The notes under the pieces were generated by a model. It was not told the DNA's origin and did no database searches. It worked only from the letters and a program-made list of their open reading frames with translations. Below are positions 1 to 12,424 of a stretch of 64,000 nt of DNA, one piece after another. Origin of the DNA: Hemiscyllium ocellatum (taxonomy: Eukaryota); contig NC_083445.1 of the NCBI RefSeq assembly GCF_020745735.1, positions 29,538,370 to 29,602,369 of the forward strand. The letters run 5' to 3'. How positions within the stretch are numbered: position 1 is the first letter of the stretch; each line of letters opens with the position of its first letter. Both the position numbers and the translations under genes were made by a program.

Positions 1-827
1 TGGAATGAGTGGCTGTTTACTGGGAGTTATGTTGTTCCAGACTCAATGGGTTTAAGAGCCTTTACTGTGTTTTAAGAATCTGAATCTACAAGATTTTAAA
101 AGACAGTGTAATAAAAATAAATAAATGCAAAACCCTGTGGATGACGATCACCTGAAATAAGAAAAAAACAAGAACGTTTTGGGTGAGCTCAGCATCAGAG
201 GAAGGAGAAATAGTGTGAAAGATTTGAGTCAGTTTGGTCGTTTCTTCCCATTCTACCCCCCACGAGTATCCATGTGTGCAGATCGATCCAGATCAAGTCA
301 CTGTTTGATGTTAAAATTCTCCCCTTTCTTTCCAAATCTCTACATGTTCCTGGTTGTCTCTGTAATCCCACCCCCACCACTGGCCCAGCTCCACCACCCT
401 GTCTGATAGTTACACTGATCAATTCAGGCCATGCCCAATGTGAATGATTGCACCATTAATTGACATGACTTCAGATACCTTGTCTGGACTCTCTGAATCC
501 ACCTCGTATTCTCCATCTCATATTTCCCCTTGAGCAACCCTCCTCCTCCGAACCTGCAGGCTTGACCAACTATCTCATATGTGGCTCAATGTCACAGCGT
601 GTTTTACAGTGTCTCGGTGAAGAACATTGCTTTATTACTTTTAAGGCACGGGGTAGGAAAAAGACGATCACTAAGGAGTGTTTTAAGGACAGATTCATTC
701 TGTTCAGCCCTGATGATTCTTCTGGAGTTTCCTGCTTCTCTTAATAGAGGAGTCATTTCAGTTAACATGCTGCAGTGTTGGGTCAGCCATCTGCACTGAC
801 ATCAACACGACCAATATCTCCATCGAG

Positions 828-2610
828 ATGAAAGGAATAGACAAGAGTTTTCCAAAGGAATCCCAGATATTTCATGACCTTGTGAGACTTGAAGAGACTT
901 ATTATCCTGTACTTGCTGCCTTTGGCGTACTAGGCAAGCATTGATCCACAGGTAGTAATCCTCTCATCCAGGTTTCACTGGATTGCTTTCCTCATCTCAT
1001 TCAGTAAGGCAATGCAGTCGGATTCGGGATAACCCGAAGTTTATGGAGGTTGGAACGGATCCCATTGGCATGCAAGGAAACGTGGAACATTGGATTTGCA
1101 ATTGACTTAGTGGCAGGAGCAGAGGTTGATGACTGAGGGGTGTTTCTCTGACGGGAAGCTTGTGATCAGTGGGCTCCCACAGGAACCTTTTCCAAAAGCA
1201 AGTTCCCAATGATTTTCAATCCATTTCAAACAAACATCCCATAACCAACATATTCAATGACCCCTACCACCCGGTTATACTCTCTTCCATCCTCTTCTGT
1301 CAGATATAAAAGTTTGAATACATGTACAAACAGATTCAGGAACAGGTTCTCTCCTGTTGTTCGAAGACTTTTGAATGAAGCTCTCAAATGTAAATGTTGA
1401 TCTCTCTCTTAACCGTCTGTGTAACATTGTGTCCTGTACTCTATTCTGCTCTCCTGATGCACTTTGTAAGGTACAATCTATCTGTAGAGCACACAAAACA
1501 ACATTTTTCACTGTATGTCAGTACATGTGACAACAATAAATCAAATCAAATAGTACCATGTCTGAATGTTGCAACTTATTATCTCATCACCAGATACACT
1601 CAGTCCAAGAAAGAGTGCTGCTCTCAACATTATTTATTACTTTCTTCCGTATTTTCCTTCCTTACAGTCAACATCATTGTGATGGTGATATTGTCTATGG
1701 GAAAGTGCGGTGTGTCTAAGTGTATCACTAGTTACGTGGTGGCCATGACAGCATCGCATCTACTGGTCATCATCATAGATCTGATATTACAGCATATTCC
1801 AATTACTTGTATGATCTATTTCTACCCCTTCTTTACACCCGCCCCCCCCCCCACCCCCATGTTTAATATCCAAGCTGTCTTGTTATATGCAATCACAGAC
1901 TGATCTGTCTGGTTCACTGTCATGCTCACCTTTGATCAATATGTAGCCATTTGTTGTCAGAAGCTGAAAAATAAACAATGCACTGAGAAAACAGCAGCTG
2001 TCTTTCTAGTAACATGGACAGTGCTGAGCTGTATAAAATAAATCTGGTGTTTTATGTTCATAGGTCACTACTCTACTGGTAATGTTCCTTGGATTTGTCA
2101 TACAAGAAGGAATGTTTGACTCTCAGCAATATAGTCAGCAATTGAACTCATTTATTATATTTTAACTCCAGGCTTCCCATCTTTTCCTGTTCAATGCTTT
2201 AACTGTCAGATATATTTTCGTAACTAATAGACCTCACCAGAGAATCTGCGGACAAAGCAATGGGAAATGTTCTGGTGACTGGAGAGAATGAGAGCCAAAG
2301 GAAATCCATCATTTTACTGTTTGTAATCTCAGGGAATTTGATCCTGCTGTGATCCATCTACCTGCTGTATTATATATGGAACAAAATACAACTTTCAGTC
2401 GGTACATCTGTATGGATACCTCGCTTTGTACAAGAAATAGGACTCATTCCTCAACTCCCAAACTGCTGCACAAACACTTGCATTTATTCCGTGACCCAAA
2501 CTGAGTCCAGGCAACAGTTAAAGAGTATGCTGCAATATCCCTTTATTACAGTTGTGTGTAAAATTAACCAAATGATGTCAACGGAACTGAACGGAGAACG
2601 GAACCATTTC
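828..2610 (+). pseudogene. Two-exon class-A GPCR pseudogene of the GPR139/GPR142-like family expanded in cartilaginous fish
   Basis: Exon 1 (828-933) reads MKGIDKSFPKESQIFHDLVRLEETYYPVLAAFGVL with a GC donor. Exon 2 from 1668 reads VNIIVMVILSMGKCGVSKCITSYVVAMTASHLLVIII...AITD*SVWFTVMLTFDQYVAICCQKLK...RKSIILLFVISGN...NCCTNTCIYSVTQ. It carries several in-frame stops and frameshifts. Confidence 0.75.
1215..1552 (+). mobile_element. 3' fragment of a Rex1/Babar-like LINE inside the GPCR intron
   Basis: 3'-terminal motif ...TACATGTGACAACAATAAATCAAATCAAAT. A related copy is at about 52520-52883. Confidence 0.4.
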
Positions 2611-3315
2611 CCGCAACATACTTTAATCTAACATGAACTCAACCAAATCCAAACTCAAGTGATTGCACCCAAAAAGTTAACCCTATTTGTTTCTCCACAG
2701 ATGCTGCCAGACCTGTCTCCAACATTTTCTATTTTTATTTTAAAATATAAAGATATCATCAGAATTTCAGAGGACCCAAACTCATTAGATCCAAGGGATA
2801 ATGCTTTGCACCAAGCAATATGTTATTTTGTGTCCGTCAGACAGAGCCATTCAATCTGTCTTTGTGCTTTTTAGAGGATGTAACAGAATAAACAATGATG
2901 CCAGCAATCTGTAGTAATGGTCTTAGCATGGGTGGGATGAGGCCAAAGATAATATTTTACAATGGGAGCATTCAAATAACGACTAGTCAATGATCGAGAT
3001 AAATCCGTCTCATCAGGCTTCACTCTATAACAAAAATTTAAGGAAACAACGACAAGTTTGGAAATTGCACACCACATTATTCCATGGGATGATCCCTGGA
3101 CCGTATGCAGGGAGTAGGGATCAATGTGCTTCTTCGCTCTGTGCATGGGTAATGCTGCTGTGTTTTGACATCAGTGCTCAGGAATGTGAGAGGGTCACCC
3201 CTTGGTTATATATTTAAACCAAACTCTTTCACCATTAAATACGATTGTGTGGAAACATTTCAGAAGCCGAGAGTTCAGGAGTTAAAGATTCCATTGACTG
3301 CGATTTAATTCCAGC

Positions 3316-3530
3316 TGAAAATGTGTTGCTGGTTAAAGCACAGCAGGTTAGGCAGCATCCAAGGAACAGGAAATTCGACGTTTCGGGCATAAGCCCTTCA
3401 TCCTGATGAAGGGCTTATGCCCGAAACGTCGAATTTCCTGTTCCTTGGATGCTGCCTAACCTGCTGTCCTTTAACCAGCAACACATTTTCAGCTGTGATC
3501 TCCTGCATCTGCAGACCTCATTTTTTACCC
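3316..3530. mobile_element. Short Penelope-derived hairpin element with a 17-bp TSD
   Basis: 91-bp inverted arms (3312-3402 and 3405-3495, one mismatch, 2-nt loop). Flanked by TGCGA(T/C)TTAATTCCAGC direct repeats at about 3299-3315 and 3531-3547. Confidence 0.75.
3399..3434 (+). ncRNA. Minimal type-I hammerhead ribozyme motif
   Basis: CTGATGA-A-GGGC-TTAT-GCCC-GAAAC-GTC-GAAT. Core intact, 4-bp stem II, palindromic ACGT helix III, GUC cleavage triplet. Stem I has only 2 bp in this copy. Confidence 0.6.
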
Positions 3531-3759
3531 TGCGACTTAATTCCAGCAAAGTAAGATATTAGGAGAGGTAGGTCAGTTGTTTTTTATATTTTGTTCATTG
3601 TAAGTACTGCCCAAGGCTATATGGGACATTAGATCATGAGTTTAAATAATTAGCTTATTGTCTAAGGACAGCTATCTTCATGAGTGCAGGATATTTCATT
3701 GAGCTGTAGTGATATAATAAGGGAATATATTGAGGATTGCATAAAATTATTGATGCTTG

Positions 3760-3960
3760 GAGATAGTGAGGACTGAAGAGGCTGGAAATTCAGAGTCGAT
3801 AAATTGTGGAGCTGGAAAAAGCACAGCAGGTCAGGGAGCATCAGAGGAGCAGGAGAGTCGACGTTTCAGGCAGGACCCTTCATCAGGACTGAGGAAGGGG
3901 GAAGGGGGAATAAGACATAAATGGAGGGAGGGGGTTGGAGCTGGGGGAAAGGTCGGTGGG
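3760..3960 (-). mobile_element. Penelope-like pseudo-LTR fragment with hammerhead motif at 3856-3890
   Basis: The minus strand reads AGTC-CTGATGA-AGGGTCCTGCCT-GAAAC-GTC-GACT, giving a 4-bp stem I (AGTC/GACT). It is followed by the family tail CCTGCTCCTCTGATGCTCCCTGACCTGCTGTGCTTTTTCCAGC. Confidence 0.65.
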
Positions 3961-5426
3961 ATGGTTATAGCTACAGTACAGAAATCGGCCATTTGGCTCA
4001 TCATGTTTGTGTCAGCTCTCTCTCAGAGCAATCCACCCAGTCTTATCTTTTCTCGTTGCCTCCGAATCATTTTCTCTTCAGATAGTGATCCGATTCTCTT
4101 CAGAAACCAGGATTGATTTTGGCTCCAACACACTCTCAGGCTATGAAATGAAGACATTTACCACTCAATACAGGATTTAATTCCTTCCTGACACTATTGC
4201 TGTTTTGAATCAATAAAATGAAACCAGTGTATTTCGATCTCAATGGAAATTGGTTCTCCGTATCCACCCTGCTGTTAATAAGGGACAAGGGCTTCAAGGA
4301 GCAGTTTGTCAATGTCTCAATTTCCTTCCTTGCGAGTCTGGTCAGTTGTGTCTGGGGTCAGTCACCCTCAGCTGGCAGCATGAGGGGGAAAGCCCTGTTG
4401 TACCCAACTGCTTGTGTTCAGGCAACAATCTCTGAGGGTCAGGGAGGGAAATGCAGTGCTGTAACCTGACCACTCAAAACAAAGCTCTGTGAAACAACAT
4501 CCTGTTCTTTTCCTGCTGCCTGGATTCTCCCAATATCACAGAGAAGGTTTGCTTTAACATATTCCCCAGTTGTGCTGCAGGCATCACTATCGATCTGAGA
4601 TACCTATCCTGCCTTTCACATAACGTGCTGACCCAAATAGAAGGAAACTAGTTCAGATCAAGAAGCCAGATTTTGTAATAAAGTCAGCTGCACAGAGAAA
4701 GGCCCTTCAGCCCATCAAGTCCTCCTAACCACTATCTAACTATTCTAACCACATTTTTCAGTACTTGCCCCTTATCCCTGAATGCATTGGCATCACAAGT
4801 GCACATCGAAATCCTTGTTCAACGCGTTGACGGTTTCTACTCCTAACAAGTAGTGAATTCCACCTTTCCATCACCCTGTTCAACAACAGAAGATGTACTG
4901 CTTCTTCAACAACAAACCAATGAGATGACCCAATTTTTTGGCATATAAAAGCAAGCATTTCAGAGAGTTATCCAGAGAAAGAGCGCCACTTGCCATTGTC
5001 AGACAGACTGCCCGAAAAGCCTCTCTCTGAAAGTTACCTTTCTCATATGAAACATCTTTGCAGCAGAAGACCGAAGATGACACAGGAAGATCTACAAACA
5101 GAGGAGGACAACACTGGAGATGATAGCCATTGTCTGGTTTTGAAAATTGACTTGCTGTAAATTAATAAACGCTTTATCAGATCAGTACATTGTTATAGAT
5201 TGGGAGGTAGATAACAATTCTTTAAGACAAATGAGGCTTGGAGTTGTAAATGGTTGTTGTCAAATGGTCACGTTTGGAGTGAAAGAATAAAACTGTTATG
5301 TTTTCCTTTAGATAGTGGTATTTGGGAGTTTTCTGCCACTCATACTTGAACAGAATATGAAGCAAGGTGAGCTTTTCTGTGTGTTTGGTTTAATTAGCAG
5401 AACGGGTTATCACTGTCGTAATAGTT

Positions 5427-5444
5427 TGGGTGCTCACCCGAGAT
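5427..5444 (+). promoter_or_regulatory. Degenerate tRNA-Pro primer-binding site
   Basis: TGGGTGCTCACCCGAGAT matches 14/18 to TGGGGGCTCGTCCGGGAT and lies 3 nt after the 5' LTR end. Confidence 0.65.
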
Positions 5445-8400
5445 TTGAAGAGGTTTAAACTGATCCAATCTGAGATTTAGACAAATGAGAACACATTTGT
5501 GGTACAAAACATCCCAGCAGATTCAAACGCTTGCCGATTATTTTCCTACATCTATAAATAAAGCATAAATGAGACAATTTGCTTAATTTTGGTTACTTGT
5601 AGTTGGTTCAATTAAAAGTGAAAGAAATTCCTCTTAACATTGGTAAAGAGGTTCCAGAGATTAAAGATGATTCCAGGATTTGCCAGGAACATTAAGAAGG
5701 AAGGAAAGTAACCTTACTTTTAGAATTAGCAAAGAGGTTAGAGTTGGGTTTAACTAAGGACAAAAGTAAGGCTGAAATTATACGGGAGTTCCTCAAATAT
5801 TTGGTTGTATTAGAGAAACAGACACAAACAGCAGAGTTAGAAAAAAACTAAAATTCCATTTGAAGAAAAGGGAGTTAGAAAATACACAAAAAGACGGAGA
5901 AGAAAAAGAAAGGCAGAGAGAAAGAAAGAGAGAAAGAAGAGAAAGGGAGAGAGAAATAGGGAAAGAAGAAAGGGAGCGAATAAAAGAGAGAAAATTTGAA
6001 CTTAGTCAGCAAATTCAAGTTAACAGGATGGAGATGAAGATAGAAGGCAGTGATATGTACAAATATGTTAAAACATTGCCACATTCTGATGAGAAATATG
6101 TCGAAGCCTTCTTTATTTCATTTGAAAAATTAACTAGGCAGATGGAGAGGTAGGAAGACTTGTGAGTAATGCTAGTTCAGACTAAACTGGGAGGCAGAGC
6201 TCATCAGTAAATTGCAGCGCTGTCAGATGAGGGTTAAAGAGATTATGAAGATGTAAAACAGGCTATTTTGAGTGCTTATGAATTGGTACCATAAGCATAC
6301 AGACAGCGTTGCAGAAACATAAAGAAGGAACCAGGTTGGACTGATGTTCAGTTCGAAAGAATTAAAAATAGTAATTTTGATAGATGGTGTGTGTCTTAAA
6401 AAAATAGATAAGACCTATGTGGATCTTAGAGAGATTATTCTGAGTCGAGGAGATTAAAAAAAACTCACTTCCAGAGATGATAAGAATTCATGTGGATGAA
6501 CAGAAAGTTCAGGATGTGAGAAGAGCAGCAGAGATGACAGATGAATATACACTGGTGCATAAGGCAAAGTTTAGTTCCTGGCAAGAATTTCATCCTGTGA
6601 GGGATAGATGTTGGAGAAGGGGAGGTCCTACGCTGTGAAACGAAGAGTAGAGAACACTGGTAAGTGTTTACCACAGATTACGTTGGAAGCCCAAGAGGGT
6701 GGAAAGGAGGTGAAAGGCCTCAGGGGTTTCAACCGTGGTAAAGTGGGACACATAAAGTCACAGCGCTGGTCGTTAAAAAAAGTACTGTGGGAAAAGATGT
6801 GGTAAAAGAGCCTAAGACCGTGGCATTAGTGAGGGTAGTAAAGGAAACCCCAAGTAATGCTGAGGAGTTGCAGTAAAGGGCACAGCCTAGGCAGGGGCTG
6901 GGTATGGACTTAGTGCCTGATCTCTAGAAAGAATTTGCCTCTGTGGGTAAAGTTTACTCAGGAACCACAGGGGCAGAAGGGAAAGAAGTTACAATATTGA
7001 GAGATACAAGATGTAACCCGTATCTAATTGTAATAGATGAACACATTTGCGCTTTTTCTAACCTGTTAGCAGTGAGTGTGGAAATTGGTTGGATAGATGG
7101 ACAGAACTTTAACATTCCCTGATGTAATATCAGGTTAGAGTGCTGACTCAGTACTGGGGAAATAGAAGAGGGAGTGGTTGGCAGAGTGTCAGTTCCAGGA
7201 ATTCAATTTGTTCTTGGGAGCAATTTATCAGGAACCAAGGTGGGAGTGACATCTCTTGTTTTGGAAAAGCCCAAGTAAGGCCGGAGTTAAAGAAGAATAC
7301 CCTGGTATTTTCCCAGATTGTGTGGTAACAATATCCCGCTATCATAAGTCACGGGACGAAGCAAAAACTGAAGATAAAAATGAATGATTTGAAGTTCATT
7401 CAGTAGAGGCCCTGTTTGACATAATGGTGCAGGAAATAACCTGCACAGACAGAGAGTCAGACAGAACTGGTTAGTTCTGGGTCCTCAAAGGCTTATGGCC
7501 TTACGACAGAAAGACGAGACAATAAAAGACATCTATGTTGGTGCCTACTCAGAAAATGAGAAAGAGAATATTCCTGAGGTTTATTATCTCAAAGATAGAA
7601 TTTGAAGATGAAAATGAAGACCACGGCAGGTTAGTGCAGAGGAGAAATGGGCTGAAGTGCACCAGATTTTGTTGCCAGTACAGACGGGGCGTGTTACAGG
7701 TAGCAAATGAACTACCTGCAGGAATTCACCTAGGTGTAAGGAAAACACAGGCTAATGTACAAAAGCATTTCTATTGGCCTGTAATTTTCAAGGACATGGT
7801 TAACTTTTGCCGTACATATCATACATGCCAAAAGCACCAACACACTCCAACAGCAGCTAATAAACAAGAAAGACCCTACACAGACAACATGCAAAAATAT
7901 TGTACTTTATAAAATACCTTGCAAGAACTGAAACAACACTACATTGGACAAACTGGCAGAAACCAGCCACCAGGATGCATGGACATGAACTAGCCACAAA
8001 AATATATGACCCTCTCTCATTGATATCTGCTAGTGCTCGGCTGTTTAAGGAAGTCATGGATAGCTTGGGTATGCAGCACTTCGGATCAACTGTGTATCAT
8101 CTTGAATCCCAGGGTGAGATTTGATAGAGTGCAAAGGTGGCATCAGTCCCTGAAGACCTTGTTAAGAACATACAGTCAGGATTACCTGAATGATTGGGAT
8201 AAAGCTATCCCATTGGTATTGTTTGCTATTAAAGATGCCCCAAATGAATCTACTCAGTTTACTCCCTTTGAGTTAATATTCAGATATGAAGTGAGAGGGC
8301 CTTTGATATTAATTAAATAGAAATTGACAGGACCAAATTCAGAGATCTCCCACTTGGATTAGGTTTTGGAGGTGAGCGAGGGACTAAATCATTTAGGTGA

Positions 8401-10162
8401 GTTAGCACCTGAAAAGCGCACAGAATAGAATGAAGCAGGTAGCAAATAATAACTTGGGAGTTCAGGCATTTTCACATGGGGTGACGTATTAGTATTGTTA
8501 CCACTGGTAGGAGATCCCAGGTTTAGTGGTCCCGACCAAATTGAGAAAAGGTTGAGTCAGGTAAACCATGTGGTAAAAATGCCAGATAGAGAAAAAAAAT
8601 CGGTAATGTTGTGTGATTATGTTGAAATCGTATTATACTCGAGAGAGGGAACTGGAGAAACAGGTTTTAGTTACTGCCGCATAGTTGAGGAATCAAATCC
8701 AGATGTTATGGAGTTTGATGTGCCTCAAAACACGTTATGTAATTCCTTGAGGAGTGGGATAGGTTTGTAAAGTATCTGTCTCAGGAACAAAGAACAAAGT
8801 TGAAAGGTTTGTTACAGCCAAATAAGGACATGTGCAGGTACAAGATGGGGAAGACTAATGCTATTGTGCATTAGTTAGAGATAGGGAATGCTGTTGTGAG
8901 AAAACAACACCCCTATCACCTTAATCCTTTCAAAGCCACACAGGTCCAGAAGGAGGTGGATGCAATGCTCAACGAAGATACCGTCAAACCCAGTCAGAGT
9001 GAGTGGGGTTTGCTGTTTGTGTTAGTTTCTAAACCTGACGAGACTCAATGATTTTGTGTGGATTATCAGAAGGGCAACGTCGTATCCAAATCAGATTCGT
9101 ACCCAATAACAATAGTGGTGCACTTTGTAGAGAAGTTTGGACAATCCAGTTACATTACAATGATGGACTCACTATTTGGTTATTGGCAGGTATTGTTATC
9201 AGAGACAGTGAAATACATTTCCGCATGTGTAACCCCCAGATGAGCTATGTCAATTCAAAGTGATGCCTATTGGAATGAAGAACACACCAGCCACATTCCA
9301 AAGACTCATGAACTGAGTTAACAAGCTGTGCAGTCCGTCTGGATGATGTCGTGATCTTTAGTGAGTCATGGAAAGTCACATGGTATAATTGTAAAAACTG
9401 GTAATAAACTTAAAGAAAACATAATTCACGAAGGTAGAAGTGATGTTCATGAAGTGTTGACTACAAGAAAAGTCAAGACGAATGCATTCGAGGAGATTTT
9501 GATGGAAGTTTGTTCCAAACTTAGCAGCATAATAACATGGCAAATCAATTTGCTGAAAATGAACACGAAGTTTTGGTGGACAGAACATTGCCAGGCGGCA
9601 TTTGATAATTTAAAATCAGTATTAACCACTGCAACAGTTTTAGCTAAATCAAACGTTCGAAAACCCTTCAAAGTTGCAATCAATTCAAACAACAGAGGAG
9701 TTGGAGCTGTCCTACTCCAGGAAGATGATGATAGAGTTGAAAGGCCAGTTGGTTACTTTTCCAGGAAATACTCTACCGTCGAAAAAATAATTATTGTGTT
9801 TGGTACTGACCTTCCAGCATTTCAATGTTTATGTGACGAACAATGTGTCGAAGACATTTGTCTACACGGGTCACAATCCTCTTACATTCTTGAAATACTT
9901 CAAGGACAAGAATATGGGATTATTTTCATGGAGTCTTATGTTACAGACTTTTAATTTTAAAAAAAACATACATGTTGTGTGTCGCAAAACTGTGATAGCA
10001 GATGTTATCTCAGACTTAACGAAGAAAGTATGGATAAGATTGAACAAATACTGATGTTGTGTGTGTGGTGGGGAGGTGTGTATTTCATTTTGATGGGACT
10101 AAGGATTTTAAAAAAAGCAGCAATCTTTTCATTATGATGACTTTTTTTCTTAAGGGTGTTGG

Positions 10163-10914
10163 TGTTATGAAGTTGAAGTGTGTACTGTACCTTTAACAGA
10201 GGGTGAAAATTGTTTTAGCATTGCGAGTTTGCAGGCACCTGTCATGTGACTGACTAGCAATCTCAGGTTGTACGGGAAGATTGAAAATATGCAACATTTG
10301 GCTTCTATTTTTACAACAGTTCAGATTTTACTAATCAATTTAAGTTAAGCCCCAGGATACTAAAAGCCAATTCAATTTGAATTTTACTCTTATGACAACA
10401 TTGAAGCAATGAGATAATCTGATGATTGATTGGGTATAAAAGAAGCTGACATTTTGAGAATTAGCCAGGGAGAGAACAACTAACTGCCATCATCAGAGTA
10501 AAGACCAGCCAAACACTCTCTATCAAGGTTATCTTTTCATATGAAACATCTTTTCAGCAAAAGACTGAAGATAACCCAGGGAGATCTTCAGCTGAAAGGA
10601 GCCAGACATCAAACACTACAGCAGATGTCTAGTTTTGAAAATTAAGTTGCTGCAGTTTTAATAGACATTTTTACTGTATCAGTATATTGTTGTTGCGTTG
10701 GAGGTGGACAACAGACCTTTAAGAGAAAGGAGGTTTAGAGTTGTAAATATTTATTGTTTAATGATCAGTTTTAGATATAAAGAATTTTTTTTTCTTCAAG
10801 TAGTCGAATGTGGGAGTTCTCTGTCACTCGTACTTTAACAGATTCGAAAAGCGAGCTGAGCTTTTCTGGGTGTTTGAGTTAATTAGCAGAAAGTTTCACT
10901 GCTGGGTCATAACA
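10163..10914 (+). repeat. 3' LTR (752 bp) with TGTTATGA...TCATAACA termini
   Basis: Perfect 8-bp terminal inverted repeats, preceded by a degenerate purine tract. Confidence 0.85.
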
Positions 10915-10918
10915 GACT

Positions 10919-11380
10919 CCAGACACAATCCCCACCAGACACAATCCCCACCAGACACAATCCCCACCAGACACAATCTCCACCAGACACAATCCCCACC
11001 AGACACAATCCCCACCAGACACAATCCCTACCAGGCACAATCCCCACCAGACACAATCCCCACCAGACACAATCTCCACCAGACACAATCCCCACCAGAC
11101 ACAATCCCCAACAGACACAATCCCCACCAGACACAATCCCCACCAGACACAATCTCCACCAGACACAATCCCCACTAGACACAATCTCCTTGAGATCCAA
11201 TCATCTCCAGACACAATCCCCACCAGACACAATCCCCACCAGACACATTCCCTACCAGACACAATCCCCTCTAGACCCAATCATCTCCAGACACAATCAC
11301 TTCCACGCCCAATCTCCTCCACACCCAACCCATTTACACCCAATACCCTCCAGACCTAATCCTCTCCAGACCTAATCCTG
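10919..11380. repeat. 16-bp minisatellite (CCAGACACAATCCCCA)n, about 20 recognisable copies, decaying distally
   Basis: Directly visible tandem array starting 4 bp after the LTR end. Confidence 0.95.
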
Positions 11381-12070
11381 TAAGGGAAGGAATGCCAGGA
11401 TATTGAATCAACAACCCTGAAGGAACAGTAATATATTTCCAATTCTGAATGACGACAGATCTGGAGGTTTACTTGCAGGGACAGGTGCCCCTTTGATCTG
11501 CTGCCCTTGTCTTACTGGATGGGAGTGGTCATCAGTTTGGAAGGCACTATCCGAGGAGCATTGGTGAATTTCTGCAGTGCAACTGCATATAGTACTCGCT
11601 ATTGCGAATGAGCATTGGTTGTGGACTGACTGCATATTTGAGGATGTAGTGCTAATCAAATGTACATTGCCCTGGACACTGTTGAGCTTGTTGAGTGCTG
11701 CTGGAGCTGCATCCCTTCAGGCAAGTGGTGAGTATTCCATCACACTTCTGACTTGTGCCTTGTAGATGGTGGACCAACGTTAGGCAGTTAGGATATGAGT
11801 GATATGATTCGGGATTCTCTGAGCTCTGACATTCTCTTGCAGCCACTGTATTTGAAAGGCTAGGCCCGTTCAGCTTCTGGTTAATTGTAACACAAGGATG
11901 TTGATAGTAGTGGACTCAGTGATGGTAACAGACGTCAAAGGGTAGTGGCTAGATTTGTCTGATTGGAGATGACCATTGCCTGGCGTTGGTGTGGGACAAA
12001 CATTACTTGCCACTTTCCAGCACAAACCTAGATATTGTCCAGAACATGTTGCATTTGACACAGCCACAGC
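11380..12070 (-). mobile_element. Old CR1/L2-group LINE 3' fragment
   Basis: The minus strand encodes degenerate RT C-terminal motifs (…HYPLTSVTITESTTINIL…). Confidence 0.6.
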
Positions 12071-12424
12071 CATCTTCCTATGTGCATCAATATCCTGGGG
12101 TTCATGATGGTGAAAACATAGCGGATTAAAATGCATTAATTCGCCAAGGGTTCCACATATTAACTTTTTATTAATAGGTCACACCCAACCCTAGACTCGA
12201 GTCTGGAAGAGCTCTCAATCAAAACACTCCCTGTGTTTCTCTCTGCATAACTGACACCAGACCTGTTGGGTCTGTTCAGCATTTATTCTGTGATTTCTTT
12301 TTCCCAGAACATTGTGCCACAGTTTCTGAAGTGATGGATTATTTTAAACCGAGGTGATGAGAAATCTAATATCAAATCACGGTGTGACTAAGTGATTACA
12401 GGATGACATGCGGTGGTCCATGAG

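Larger units (their letters stand above)
4905..10914 (+). mobile_element. Decayed Gmr1-type Ty3/gypsy LTR retrotransposon (truncated 5' LTR - PBS - gag - PR - integrase - RT - RNase H - 3' LTR)
   Basis: gag (YVEAFFISFEKL..., zinc-knuckle remnant near 6720-6770). Integrase at about 7650-8320 (HLGVRKT...HFYWP...CRTYHTC; WHQSLKTLLR...FTPFELIF). RT at about 8850-9400 (FCVDYQK, LDDVVIFS). RNase H at about 9600-9950. Many stops. Confidence 0.88.

Noticed and set aside
5860-6153. KERE-rich ORF as a host gene
   Set aside because: It is the coiled-coil region of the gypsy gag.
10810-11375. Cys/Trp/Gly-rich and Pro/His-rich repetitive ORFs
   Set aside because: These are translations of the 16-bp minisatellite, which has no stops in several frames.
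10919-11380. Class-switch (S) region or CRISPR array
   Set aside because: It lies 3' of all C exons, lacks AGCT motifs and has no unique spacers, and the DNA is eukaryotic.
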